A stretch of 42,925 bases of DNA. It comes from a virus. The stretch spans positions 1 to 42,925 of the IMG/VR virus record IMGVR_UViG_3300037440_000117. One strand, written 5' to 3'. Shown in pieces: positions 25,002-32,823 of the stretch; position 1 is the stretch's first letter, and each line of letters opens with the position of its first letter. The position numbers and the translations under genes were made by a program. The notes under the pieces are model-generated. The model had not been told where the DNA came from. It saw only the letters and a list, made by a program, of their open reading frames with translations, and did not search any database.

Positions 25002-25267
25002 AGATTCTCGATAAAGTGGCGACTGTTCCGTCGTCCTTCGGTAATACGAGCGATACATACGCACCGATCTATATCGCTGTTGTAGCGGCGGCTGGCGATT
25101 GGGTGCCCGTTGAGTGCGCAGACAAGACCGAAGCAAAAAGGGTGTTCAACGCCGTAAGGGGCCTGAGCACCTATCGCGGCGGACAGTTTGAGCTTAAGCG
25201 GCGCGGCCTCGTTATCTATATCCGAGTCGCGGCCCGAGTCACGACGCCTCTCGTGTTGGCGAAGTAG
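24998..25267 (+). CDS. Hypothetical protein
   Basis: Trimmed to GTG 24998 (GTGA overlap, GGAGG 5 nt upstream). Confidence 0.4.
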   Translation: MKILDKVATVPSSFGNTSDTYAPIYIAVVAAAGDWVPVECADKTEAKRVFNAVRGLSTYRGGQFELKRRGLVIYIRVAARVTTPLVLAK

Positions 25268-25289
25268 CCATGAGAACCGTGAGGACACG

Positions 25290-25601
25290 ATGAGTTTCCA
25301 CAACAGCGATCGCTACGACTGGAGCAAAGAACGCTTCGCGCCTGTGGAGCGCAAAGTCTGCCTCTGCGGCTGCGGGAAGCCGACCCGCTCGCCCACGCTG
25401 CTGAAGGTAGGACATGGGCTGTTCGCCTCGGACGCCTGCGAGAAGCGGTTTTACTTCGGCGTCACCTGTGACTGCGGACGGAAGCATCTGGCGGACGAGC
25501 CGTGCCCGGTGTGCAGTGCGGATGCCGTCGTGGAAGGCCGCGAACAGGAAGCCCGCGCCGATGAAGTGCGCGATGACTACATGGAAAGGGTGAGGCGATG
25601 A
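25290..25601 (+). CDS. Cys-rich small protein
   Basis: Trimmed to ATG 25290 (GAGGA RBS). Contains CLCGCG...CEKRF...CDCG...CPVC. Confidence 0.4.
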   Translation: MSFHNSDRYDWSKERFAPVERKVCLCGCGKPTRSPTLLKVGHGLFASDACEKRFYFGVTCDCGRKHLADEPCPVCSADAVVEGREQEARADEVRDDYMERVRR

Positions 25602-25900
25602 AAGCCGATGTGATCCCAATGGGCCTGATCTGCGCGTGGTGCAAGACGACGATCCGCGAGGGCAGCGATCCATTCAGTCACGGCATCTGTGACGCCTGCG
25701 CGGACGTGGCCGCGGCGGAGGCGGATACCGTGGCGGTCGTGGATGCGATGGAGAGCGGCTGTGAAGATTTAGCCGAATCGCTCTACCGCCTGCGGGCCTT
25801 GTGGATCGGCGGACTCGCCTTGCCCTGGGGGGTTCTGACGGACGGCCAGCGGCAGGGGTATCGGAACGAAGTGGAACGACTCGTAAAGGAGATCAAGTGA
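25598..25900 (+). CDS. Cys-rich small protein
   Basis: ATGA overlap. Contains CAWC...HGICDAC. Confidence 0.4.
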   Translation: MKADVIPMGLICAWCKTTIREGSDPFSHGICDACADVAAAEADTVAVVDAMESGCEDLAESLYRLRALWIGGLALPWGVLTDGQRQGYRNEVERLVKEIK

Positions 25901-26577
25901 GCGAACCGAAAGCGTTGAACGTCTACCAGTGCATCGCCAAAGTCAGCGAGAAGCTGTCGAAGGAGGGCATCAGTAAGAGCCGGAGCAACGAACAGCAGCA
26001 CTACAAGTTCCGCGGTATTGACGACGTGTACAACGCCCTTGCGCCGATCCTGGCCGAGGTCGGACTCGTGGTGATCCCGCGCATCCTCTCCCGCGAGATG
26101 GCGGAGCGCGTCACTAAGAACGGCGGCGTCCTATTCTACGTGACCGTCGAAGCCGAATTTGATTTCGTGTCGATCGCGGACGGGTCGAAAGTGACGGCCC
26201 GGACCTACGGCGAAGCGATGGACTCCGGCGACAAGGCCACGAACAAGGCCATGAGCGCGGCCTATAAGTACGTCGCGTTTCAGACGTTCTGCATCCCGAC
26301 CGAAGGTAACAACGACGCCGATGCCACGACTCATGAAGTCGCCGCCAAAGCGCCGGACGGCTTCGAGGACATGGTGGTTGACCTGGAGCTCGTCGCCAAG
26401 GAACAAGGGACGGAACCACTACAGGCCGCGTGGAAGAAGTCGAAGCCGGCGCTTCGGAAGTATTTCACGGATACGAATCTCGACGGATGGGAAGCCATCA
26501 AGGCGAAGGCGGTTGAGTTCGACGCAAAGAAAGCCGCAGCCGCAAAGGCGAAAACGCCGGAACTGGTGGGCGCATGA
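25897..26577 (+). CDS. erf: ERF-family single-strand annealing protein
   Basis: Trimmed to GTG 25897 (GTGA overlap). Contains NVYQCIAKVSEKLSKEGISKSRSNEQQHYKFRGIDDVYNALAPILAEVGLVV...KATNKAMSAAYKYVAFQTFCIPT. Confidence 0.75.
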   Translation: MSEPKALNVYQCIAKVSEKLSKEGISKSRSNEQQHYKFRGIDDVYNALAPILAEVGLVVIPRILSREMAERVTKNGGVLFYVTVEAEFDFVSIADGSKVTARTYGEAMDSGDKATNKAMSAAYKYVAFQTFCIPTEGNNDADATTHEVAAKAPDGFEDMVVDLELVAKEQGTEPLQAAWKKSKPALRKYFTDTNLDGWEAIKAKAVEFDAKKAAAAKAKTPELVGA

Positions 26578-27224
26578 CCTTCACCATCATCGACGCCGAA
26601 CAACGCTCGCCGGAATGGTTTCAGGCTCGCGCCGGCAAGCTGACCGGCTCCCGCGCCGCCGACATGCTCGCTACGATCAAGAGCGGGGAAGCGGCGGCAC
26701 GCCGGGACTATCGGATGCAACTCGTCTGCGAACGGTTGACCGGCCAACCCCAAGAGGATGGTTTCGTCAACGTCGCGATGCAGCGGGGTATCGATCTCGA
26801 GCCCGCCGCCTTTGCCGCCTACGAGGCGCTGACGGGCGCTGTGGCGGTGCGGACTGGCTTCCTGAGCCACAACACACATCTCGCCGGCTGTTCGCTGGAC
26901 GGCCATGTAGACGGCTTTACGGGCATCGTGGAAATCAAGTGCCCGAAGTCGGCCACACATCTGAAGTACTGGCGCGGTAATAGCGAAGCGCCGAGCGACT
27001 ACCTCCCGCAGATCACGCACAACTTGTGGATCACGGGGGCGCAGTGGTGCGACTTCCTGAGCTTCGATGATCGGTTCGGCCCTGAGCTCCAGACGTTCCT
27101 GGTGCGGGTCAAGCGGAGCGACGTGGACATCGACGGCTACGAGCGGAAGGCGCTGGCGTTTCTCGCGGAAGTCGAGGCGGAGTATCTGGCGATCAAGACG
27201 ATGACGAAGGGGGTAGCGGCGTGA
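26574..27224 (+). CDS. YqaJ / lambda-exonuclease-family recombination exonuclease
   Basis: Contains EQRSPEWFQARAGKLTGSRAADML...GIDLEPAAFAAYE...GCSLDGHV...IVEIKCPKS (PD-(D/E)xK). Confidence 0.75.
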   Translation: MTFTIIDAEQRSPEWFQARAGKLTGSRAADMLATIKSGEAAARRDYRMQLVCERLTGQPQEDGFVNVAMQRGIDLEPAAFAAYEALTGAVAVRTGFLSHNTHLAGCSLDGHVDGFTGIVEIKCPKSATHLKYWRGNSEAPSDYLPQITHNLWITGAQWCDFLSFDDRFGPELQTFLVRVKRSDVDIDGYERKALAFLAEVEAEYLAIKTMTKGVAA

Positions 27225-27466
27225 GCGAACGTGATCCGAATGAACTCGGCGCCTTGTGGGTGAAGACGGGCCGCAGGGGCGACTACATGACCGGGAAGAT
27301 TGGCGATCAGCCCGTCGTGGTGTTCAAGAACGACCGGAAGGCCGCTGGCAGTAATGCGCCCGACTGGCGCGTGATGAAGCCGGTGAAGCAGGACCGCGAG
27401 CAGGATCAGCGGATCACCGGCCCCCGTCCGCCGGCCACGATTGACGACAACGACATCCAGTTCTGA
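27221..27466 (+). CDS. DUF736-like small protein ending in an SSB-like acidic tip (DDNDIQF)
   Basis: GALWVKTGRRGDYMTGKIGDQPVVVFKNDRKAAGSNAPDWRV resembles the DUF736 pattern. The C-terminus is IDDNDIQF. GTGA overlap with the exonuclease gene. Confidence 0.4.
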   Translation: MSERDPNELGALWVKTGRRGDYMTGKIGDQPVVVFKNDRKAAGSNAPDWRVMKPVKQDREQDQRITGPRPPATIDDNDIQF

Positions 27467-27780
27467 TGGCGATTGACTACCGCGTCCTCGCCCTCGCCAA
27501 GCCGGAGCCGCACAAGCGGGTCAAGGCGAGACGTAAGCGGCAGCATGCCAAGGCGCGGAAGTCGTGCCGAGCGGCCCGGTATACGCGGGATGGCGGGTGC
27601 TGCGTCCGCTGCGGGAAGCCGCTGAAGCTGAATCCCTCGGATGAGGGCGCGGACTGGTACAACGTGGCGAACATCAACGAGAAGCGGCCCCGGTCACTCG
27701 GCGGCGATCCGCTTGATCCGAAGGGACAGAACACGCTCTGCGCAAAGTGTCATACGGGCTCAGGGAGACACGCGAAGTGA
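27466..27780 (+). CDS. HNH-like nuclease (degenerate first His)
   Basis: Contains CVRCGKPL...ANINEKRPRSLGGDPLDPKGQNTLCAKCH. Confidence 0.45.
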   Translation: MAIDYRVLALAKPEPHKRVKARRKRQHAKARKSCRAARYTRDGGCCVRCGKPLKLNPSDEGADWYNVANINEKRPRSLGGDPLDPKGQNTLCAKCHTGSGRHAK

Positions 27781-28001
27781 TAAATCCTAGTGATGTGCTA
27801 GCTGTGGTGCCGTTCCCGCCTAAATGGGCGCGCACGTCACAGATTTTTGCCGCAGTGAAGCGCCGCAACGTCAGCGAGAACCAGATACGGGCCGCGCTGT
27901 GGACGCTCCAGAGTCACCCGCATCGCAAGATTGATTTTGCGAGACGCGGACAGAGTTTGATTTGGCAACGCCGAATCCACGACGAAGGGTCTACGTCGTG
28001 A
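27777..28001 (+). CDS. Hypothetical protein
   Basis: Trimmed to GTG 27777 (GTGA overlap). Confidence 0.35.
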   Translation: MINPSDVLAVVPFPPKWARTSQIFAAVKRRNVSENQIRAALWTLQSHPHRKIDFARRGQSLIWQRRIHDEGSTS

Positions 28002-28333
28002 CGATCCGCGAGCGCATCAAGGGCATTCAGAGCGAGTTGGCGAATGGCGCCCTGACACCTGACTTGGCGCGCGAAAGTCTCGTGCGTCTGACGGCGCTGC
28101 TCGGCAACGTGCATGACGCGCAACGGAAGGCGGATCACGAATACAAGCTGGTGCTGCTGGGCTGCATGGCGGGCGGGGAACCGGCGAACCGCGCCCGGAT
28201 ACGAGCCGAGGTGAGCGAGCAATACCAGGCGGCGTCTGAGATGAAGGATTTAGCGAATCTGGTGCAGGAAATGATTCGGAGCTGCAAAGCGTATATGCGC
28301 TCCCTTGAGGAAGAACAGAGGCTAACGCGATGA
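27998..28333 (+). CDS. Hypothetical helical protein
   Basis: GTG 27998 (GTGA overlap) or TTG 27962. 111-123 aa. Confidence 0.4.
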   Translation: MTIRERIKGIQSELANGALTPDLARESLVRLTALLGNVHDAQRKADHEYKLVLLGCMAGGEPANRARIRAEVSEQYQAASEMKDLANLVQEMIRSCKAYMRSLEEEQRLTR

Positions 28334-28611
28334 GCACGCCGAATAAATACACACCACATCAGGGCGTGCAGGAAATCGCCCGCAGGAAGCGCCAGATGGA
28401 GCGCGGGCTCATCACGACTCAAGAGGTCACCCCGAAGACAGGATTGATCTGGAAGGCCTACGTTGCGCCCGTCAGCCATCCCCGCGAGTACGTGTGGAAG
28501 GGCGGCACCGCGATCCGTAAGCATCCGAAGGTGAAAGGTAAGAGCGCGATTAGGTTGGCGAAGAAGGCACGCCATCAAGAGGCGGCGGCGAAGAAAGCGC
28601 AGGCGGCGTAA
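28330..28611 (+). CDS. Hypothetical basic protein
   Basis: 93 aa, ATGA overlap, K/R-rich C-terminus. Confidence 0.4.
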   Translation: MSTPNKYTPHQGVQEIARRKRQMERGLITTQEVTPKTGLIWKAYVAPVSHPREYVWKGGTAIRKHPKVKGKSAIRLAKKARHQEAAAKKAQAA

Positions 28612-28626
28612 GTCGGTCCTGAGAGC
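28612..28626. repeat. 15-bp direct repeat, copy 1 (GTCGGTCCTGAGAGC)
   Basis: Identical to 28805..28819. Starts 1 nt after the stop at 28611. Confidence 0.9.
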
Positions 28627-28641
28627 ACAGAGGTTGATGAG

Positions 28642-28815
28642 ATGAAGTATCGAGTGGTGAGACGCCGTTTCGCTAACTCTCCGACGGCTTGGGGTGTCCA
28701 GATGCTTGATGGTTATACAGACGGGAAACCGTCATGGCGTCTGGCTACAGTACTGGTGTTTTATTCACGGGAATCTGCGCAGGAGTGGATTACGGCTAAG
28801 AGTCGTCGGTCCTGA
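28642..28815 (+). CDS. Possible 57-aa protein inside the repeat-flanked segment
   Basis: ATG 28642 with AGAGG 8 nt upstream. MKYRVVRRRFANSPTAWGVQMLDGYTDGKPSWRLATVLVFYSRESAQEWITAKSRRS. Third-position GC is clearly lower than in neighbouring genes. Confidence 0.35.
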   Translation: MKYRVVRRRFANSPTAWGVQMLDGYTDGKPSWRLATVLVFYSRESAQEWITAKSRRS

Positions 28816-28819
28816 GAGC
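28805..28819. repeat. 15-bp direct repeat, copy 2 (GTCGGTCCTGAGAGC)
   Basis: Identical to 28612..28626. Overlaps the stop codon of the 57-aa ORF. Confidence 0.9.
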
Positions 28820-28996
28820 GGCTGATGCGGCGTTGGGGCTTGGCTATGGCGGCTCAACGAAACACTGGCTCGCATCAGTCGCTCTGAGGATCGACGGATT
28901 TGACGCTCTGGAGAATTCGCGGGAGTAGACCAGCGAATCGTAAAAGAGGCTCCTAAGGCATCTGGAGGATTCGGGGCGCGTTAAACGCCCAGCGTC

Positions 28997-29062
28997 ATTG
29001 TCAATGTTAAGGCGCGCGATTGACAAGGTTAAGCAGGTTGATTGTCAACTTTAACGCAGGGC
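28997..29062. repeat. Three iterons phased at exactly 22 bp (ATTGWCAAnnTTAAsn)
   Basis: ATTGTCAATGTTAAGG at 28997, ATTGACAAGGTTAAGC at 29019, ATTGTCAACTTTAACG at 29041. The core ATTGWCAAT is near-palindromic. An AT-rich tract lies at 29129-29170, downstream. Confidence 0.8.
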
Positions 29063-29621
29063 TCGCGGCGGTCGTGAACGATACCCCGGTCGATGAGACC
29101 GTGGCGGCAAGCGGCGAAAGTGCGGCGCGAAATTATTTCGGTTTCATAGAGGAATTCGCTTGATTTTGAGAGGCGAAGGGTTGATGATGGCGGAAGTCGC
29201 GGCGAGGCTTGTTCAAGGCCCCGCCGCTGACCTACCGCACTCGCAACCGTTGGATAGAACGGAAGCAAGCGCAAGCAGGCTGATTCTAGCCTACCCGCTT
29301 CTCCCTCTACCAACCAAATCGAGCCAGGTATCGCGTTCTGAATGACGGGTTAGCCGTCTGAACTGGACGCCGGGTTTTTCATCATGCGGGCCGCGAGATC
29401 GGCGGTGGGCAGGCTGTGACGCTTCACAGAACCAGTGATGAACGGCTCGTGATTGACGCGAACGACTGACACGACCGAACGCATACCGCAGACCGTACGA
29501 CCGCTGACGTTTTCGGCGGACGGAGGGGCTGAACAGGATCACTCAGTAGTAGCGAGATGAGACTGCGGGCGCGGTGGATCGGGGAGGGCGGGGCGACGGG
29601 GTTGGTGTCTCTAAATTCTTT

Positions 29622-30002
29622 ATGGAGCAGTTCGCATCAGCGATTCAGCGATTGTGGGCCGAAAAGAAACGGCTCGGTGGAAATCGGCGCAAGCGGCTCG
29701 CGTTTTTGCTGCGATGGGCCGGACTCCACGTCGCGCACAAGAAGGATTACGAAAAGCGGCGTCGAGGTCCAGCGCGGACGAAAAGCTGGAAACGGTTTAC
29801 AAACGCGATGTGCTGGGTCTGCCATGTGGCGAAGGCGACGTGCCGTCACCACATCATCCAGGTGCAGCACGGCGGCGGCAACGACAACAGAAACATCGTG
29901 CCGCTTTGCGACGGGTGCCACGCTGAAGTGCATCCGTGGATGGACGCCTCAGCGCATCCGATGGTGAAAGAAGCGGAAGAAATGGACGCCTTCCGTCTCT
30001 AG
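29622..30002 (+). CDS. HNH endonuclease
   Basis: Trimmed to ATG 29622. Contains CWVCHVAKATCRHHIIQVQHGGGNDNRNIVPLCDGCHAEVH. Confidence 0.75.
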   Translation: MEQFASAIQRLWAEKKRLGGNRRKRLAFLLRWAGLHVAHKKDYEKRRRGPARTKSWKRFTNAMCWVCHVAKATCRHHIIQVQHGGGNDNRNIVPLCDGCHAEVHPWMDASAHPMVKEAEEMDAFRL

Positions 30003-30066
30003 TGCTGATGAGAGAAAAAGGCGTCCTTCTATGGCGCAGTGAATTTCAGAAAAGAGGATGTGCGTA

Positions 30067-30507
30067 ATGGCAACCGAAAAGACCGTAGACGTCGCCGCGG
30101 ACGCCATTGTTGACAAGGCGATCGCGCTTACTGCTGGGTGCTTGTCGCGCCGTGAGATCGATGAGGCCCGCGAGCAGTTACAGGATCTCGTGGATCGTCT
30201 GATCGACGAGTGCCGCGCCTACTATCGCGCGGACGCAGAAATCCTAATTGAAGACCGCGCCGAAGCGATTCGTAAAGCGCAAAGCTCAGCATCGAGTTAT
30301 GAAGCCGGGAATCTGCTCGATGCGAGGCTAGCTGAAGACGAGGCGCGGCATCTGTTAAGGCTGGAGCCTCGTGAGTCGAATCCTTCCAATAGCAACCATG
30401 GATGCGCCTATAGGCCGTGTGCAACGTGGGAGTTAGGGACAGCCGGTGACTGGCCCATCCGTGACCGCTGCAAGCATTGCGGCTGGACACGCTATGAGCA
30501 TATCTAG
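30067..30507 (+). CDS. Hypothetical protein
   Basis: ATG 30067 (AGAGGA ~9 nt upstream) preferred over 30058. Helical N-terminal half, with C...C..HC at the C-terminus. Confidence 0.4.
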   Translation: MATEKTVDVAADAIVDKAIALTAGCLSRREIDEAREQLQDLVDRLIDECRAYYRADAEILIEDRAEAIRKAQSSASSYEAGNLLDARLAEDEARHLLRLEPRESNPSNSNHGCAYRPCATWELGTAGDWPIRDRCKHCGWTRYEHI

Positions 30508-30512
30508 GCCAA

Positions 30513-30704
30513 ATGTGCTCCGTGACCGGACTCCTACGTATAACGCGATGGCTGGCAAACATCACTGTCTGTCTGTGCATCGGCGGAACGGCCGCTGCGG
30601 TCCAGCATGGTGATGTATCACGAATAATTCAATACGCTGCCGGTGCTGTCTGCGCGTTCTTCATCTACGGGCTCGTCTCGCTGGAGTTAGGAGACAACGA
30701 ATGA
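30513..30704 (+). CDS. Small two-TM membrane protein
   Basis: 63 aa. Contains ITVCLCIGGTAAAV and AAGAVCAFFIYGLVSL. Confidence 0.4.
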   Translation: MCSVTGLLRITRWLANITVCLCIGGTAAAVQHGDVSRIIQYAAGAVCAFFIYGLVSLELGDNE

Positions 30705-30721
30705 AAGTCGGAGGATGAACC

Positions 30722-31060
30722 ATGAAGACCTACTGCCGCAAGTGCGCGAAGCGGATTCGTCAAGGGCTGGGCTGTCTGTTTTGTCGTCGCCCGATTTGCT
30801 ATACGTGCGAGTGCGACTGTCCCGCCGTGCTGAAGCTCATGGCGAAGGAGCGGAGTAAGGGGAAAAGTTGTTCTCGTTGTCGTGGCCGGAAAACACAGCC
30901 ATCCGAATTACAAATGGGCACGCTAACGCATTGTGAACACTGCGGCGGCGCAGGCTTAGAGCCGAGTTCGGAGGAGTCTTTTCCGTGTCCAGACTGTGGC
31001 GCGCCAGACGGAGAGATTCACGACACAGACTGTAATTATTTAGTGCGCGGCAGACCATAA
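30722..31060 (+). CDS. Cys-rich protein with DnaJ-type CxxCxGxG-like zinc-finger repeats
   Basis: Contains CRKC..CLFC..CYTCECDC..CSRCRGRK..CEHCGGAG..CPDCGAPDG. Confidence 0.45.
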   Translation: MKTYCRKCAKRIRQGLGCLFCRRPICYTCECDCPAVLKLMAKERSKGKSCSRCRGRKTQPSELQMGTLTHCEHCGGAGLEPSSEESFPCPDCGAPDGEIHDTDCNYLVRGRP

Positions 31061-31072
31061 AAAGGGTGTCCA

Positions 31073-31405
31073 TTGGCTCACTCTATCAAGGCGTTATTGA
31101 GTCATTACGACGCAGCCTTTACCCAGAAATTCGGAGCCCGGTATCCGATTTCGCCGAAGAAGGATTGCGCGCTCGCGAAGCAGTTGTTAGCCCTCTACAC
31201 GTTCGAGCAACTCGCGGGATGGGTGGACGACTTCTTCGCACTGGAGGACGAATGGATCGAGCAGAGCGGGTACAGCTTCGGGGTGTTCCGGTCACAACTG
31301 GGGAAGGTGATCGCGTCGAAGACGATGACCAGCCCACGTATCGAGCGCCCGAAGGTCGTCCAGACGCGCCACAACACGCTCGAACAGTACCGCGTGATCA
31401 AGTGA
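31073..31405 (+). CDS. Hypothetical protein
   Basis: 110-aa ORF with a non-ATG start (TTG). Confidence 0.4.
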   Translation: MAHSIKALLSHYDAAFTQKFGARYPISPKKDCALAKQLLALYTFEQLAGWVDDFFALEDEWIEQSGYSFGVFRSQLGKVIASKTMTSPRIERPKVVQTRHNTLEQYRVIK

Positions 31406-31498
31406 CGGGCAAACAGTTAGCCGAGCAATTCCGTCTCTGGGCGGCCGAGATGGCGATGCGACCAACGCGCCCACCAAGAGTACCGGGAGTGACCCAAA

Positions 31499-31696
31499 AT
31501 GACTGAATACGATGTGACGGAAGCGATGTTGCGGTATGGCGGCTCTTTCGTCCAGCAACTCGCACGACTCATTCGCATGGCCGACGCGGACAACAAGCGA
31601 CGGTTAGTTGAGGCGTTTCCAGAATACCTAGAACAGTATCGCGAACTAGCGCGGAACGCAGTCGTTGCCCCGCAGTCCGACAAGGAAACCAAATGA
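31499..31696 (+). CDS. Hypothetical protein
   Basis: 65 aa. A possible 34-aa coupled ORF (31402..31506) bridges the gap upstream. Confidence 0.4.
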   Translation: MTEYDVTEAMLRYGGSFVQQLARLIRMADADNKRRLVEAFPEYLEQYRELARNAVVAPQSDKETK

Positions 31697-32013
31697 GCAA
31701 CACGGACATTCACGAACTGACTTACGATCATCTCCACGGGTTGTGTCGGTGTAGAACAACCGATGCCTTGACGGCAGCTATCAATAGCCTTCCTCAGCAC
31801 CTCCGTGACTACATCCATGATCTAGAGTCTCGCGCTGACCCTGCCGGTGATTTGCGCGCACGGAGAATGGCGGAGGACGCGGCTGAAGCCTACCGCCGTG
31901 AAATCGATCGGCTGCTGGCGATTGCCTTTGTCTCCGATCCGGTGATCGGCAGCGTCTCGGTCGCGGATGCGAAGCACTCGGACGCTCCGCGCAGGAGCGC
32001 AGCGCAAGAATGA
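31693..32013 (+). CDS. Hypothetical protein
   Basis: 106 aa, ATGA overlap. Confidence 0.4.
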   Translation: MSNTDIHELTYDHLHGLCRCRTTDALTAAINSLPQHLRDYIHDLESRADPAGDLRARRMAEDAAEAYRREIDRLLAIAFVSDPVIGSVSVADAKHSDAPRRSAAQE

Positions 32014-32342
32014 TCCAACAATCCATCACCTTTTTCGCGTCCGACGCGGCCCGCTGGGCCCAGAAGCTGGATCGGCTGCTGGCGATTTTGTCAGACGGCC
32101 ACTGGTACAAGGCGTCCGAGATCGCCCGGTTGATGGCCTCGAATGACCGGCTGATCCGGCGCTTGGCGGACTTGTCCGACGGGCAAATTATCAGCGGCCA
32201 GTACGGCTACAAGCTGACCCGCTTCGCCACGAACGAGGAGATTGATCACGCGGAAGCCTGGTTGTTATCGCAGGCGAAGCACATGCAGCAACGGGCCTTA
32301 GAGATTCGCCAGTGCCGGAATCGGAGAGGAGCGGCGGCATGA
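32010..32342 (+). CDS. Hypothetical protein (possible winged-helix)
   Basis: 110 aa, ATGA overlap. Confidence 0.4.
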   Translation: MIQQSITFFASDAARWAQKLDRLLAILSDGHWYKASEIARLMASNDRLIRRLADLSDGQIISGQYGYKLTRFATNEEIDHAEAWLLSQAKHMQQRALEIRQCRNRRGAAA

Positions 32343-32551
32343 GACCGCAATCCTTAGCGAGTGATGACGCGCTGGATCTGATCTGGTTGTCGCGCAACAT
32401 GACCGACGCGATCTATCGGACGCTCCGCGATCCAGAAAACTGCGGGTGGGATGACCTCGAAGACGCGCACACCGTGATCATAGCCATGCCGGTTGGGGAC
32501 TTACGAGACGAATTGATGTTGCGGATCAAGAAAGCGAAGCGGGAAGCATGA
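32339..32551 (+). CDS. Hypothetical protein
   Basis: Trimmed to ATG 32339 (ATGA overlap). Confidence 0.35.
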   Translation: MRPQSLASDDALDLIWLSRNMTDAIYRTLRDPENCGWDDLEDAHTVIIAMPVGDLRDELMLRIKKAKREA

Positions 32552-32823
32552 GACGAGTCTCTGAGCAGAAGGACCGCAACCACGACGCGATCGTGGACGA
32601 GTACCGTAAACAGCACTGCGCGGTGGTATCGCTCGTGAAGGTCGGTAACGGCTGTCCTGACCTCCTGGTGCTTGGCTACGGGCGACTGGCACTTGTAGAG
32701 GTGAAGACACCAAAAGGCCCGCTGAAGCCCTGCCAAGAGGAATTTATGCAGGTCTGGCCAGTCCGCGTGGTTCGGTCCCGAGAAGACGTGATCGCGCACG
32801 TCAACGCCTTGAGGGCGGCATGA
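32548..32823 (+). CDS. VRR-NUC-type PD-(D/E)xK nuclease
   Basis: Contains NGCPDLLVLGYGRLALVEVKTPKGPLKPCQEEFM (D...E-x-K...Q). 91 aa. Confidence 0.55.
   Translation: MRRVSEQKDRNHDAIVDEYRKQHCAVVSLVKVGNGCPDLLVLGYGRLALVEVKTPKGPLKPCQEEFMQVWPVRVVRSREDVIAHVNALRAA

Noticed and set aside
28997-29062. CRISPR-like array.
   Set aside because: There are only three ~16-bp imperfect repeats with 6-bp gaps, so no spacer-sized unique segments, and there are no cas genes. This is iteron geometry, not CRISPR geometry.
28844-29542. Track ORFs inside the non-coding locus: 28844..29026(-), 29029..29313(-), 29160..29345(+), 29291..29542(-).
   Set aside because: They are short, mutually overlapping, and R/S/P-rich with no motifs and no RBS. 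The one checked (29160..29345) has only mid-range third-position GC. I therefore treat the region as non-coding.
28816-29621. Possible tRNA or tmRNA gene in the coding desert.
   Set aside because: I scanned both strands by eye for a GTTCRANYC T-loop flanked by a 5-bp stem and an acceptor/CCA context and found none. This still needs tRNAscan-SE or Aragorn.
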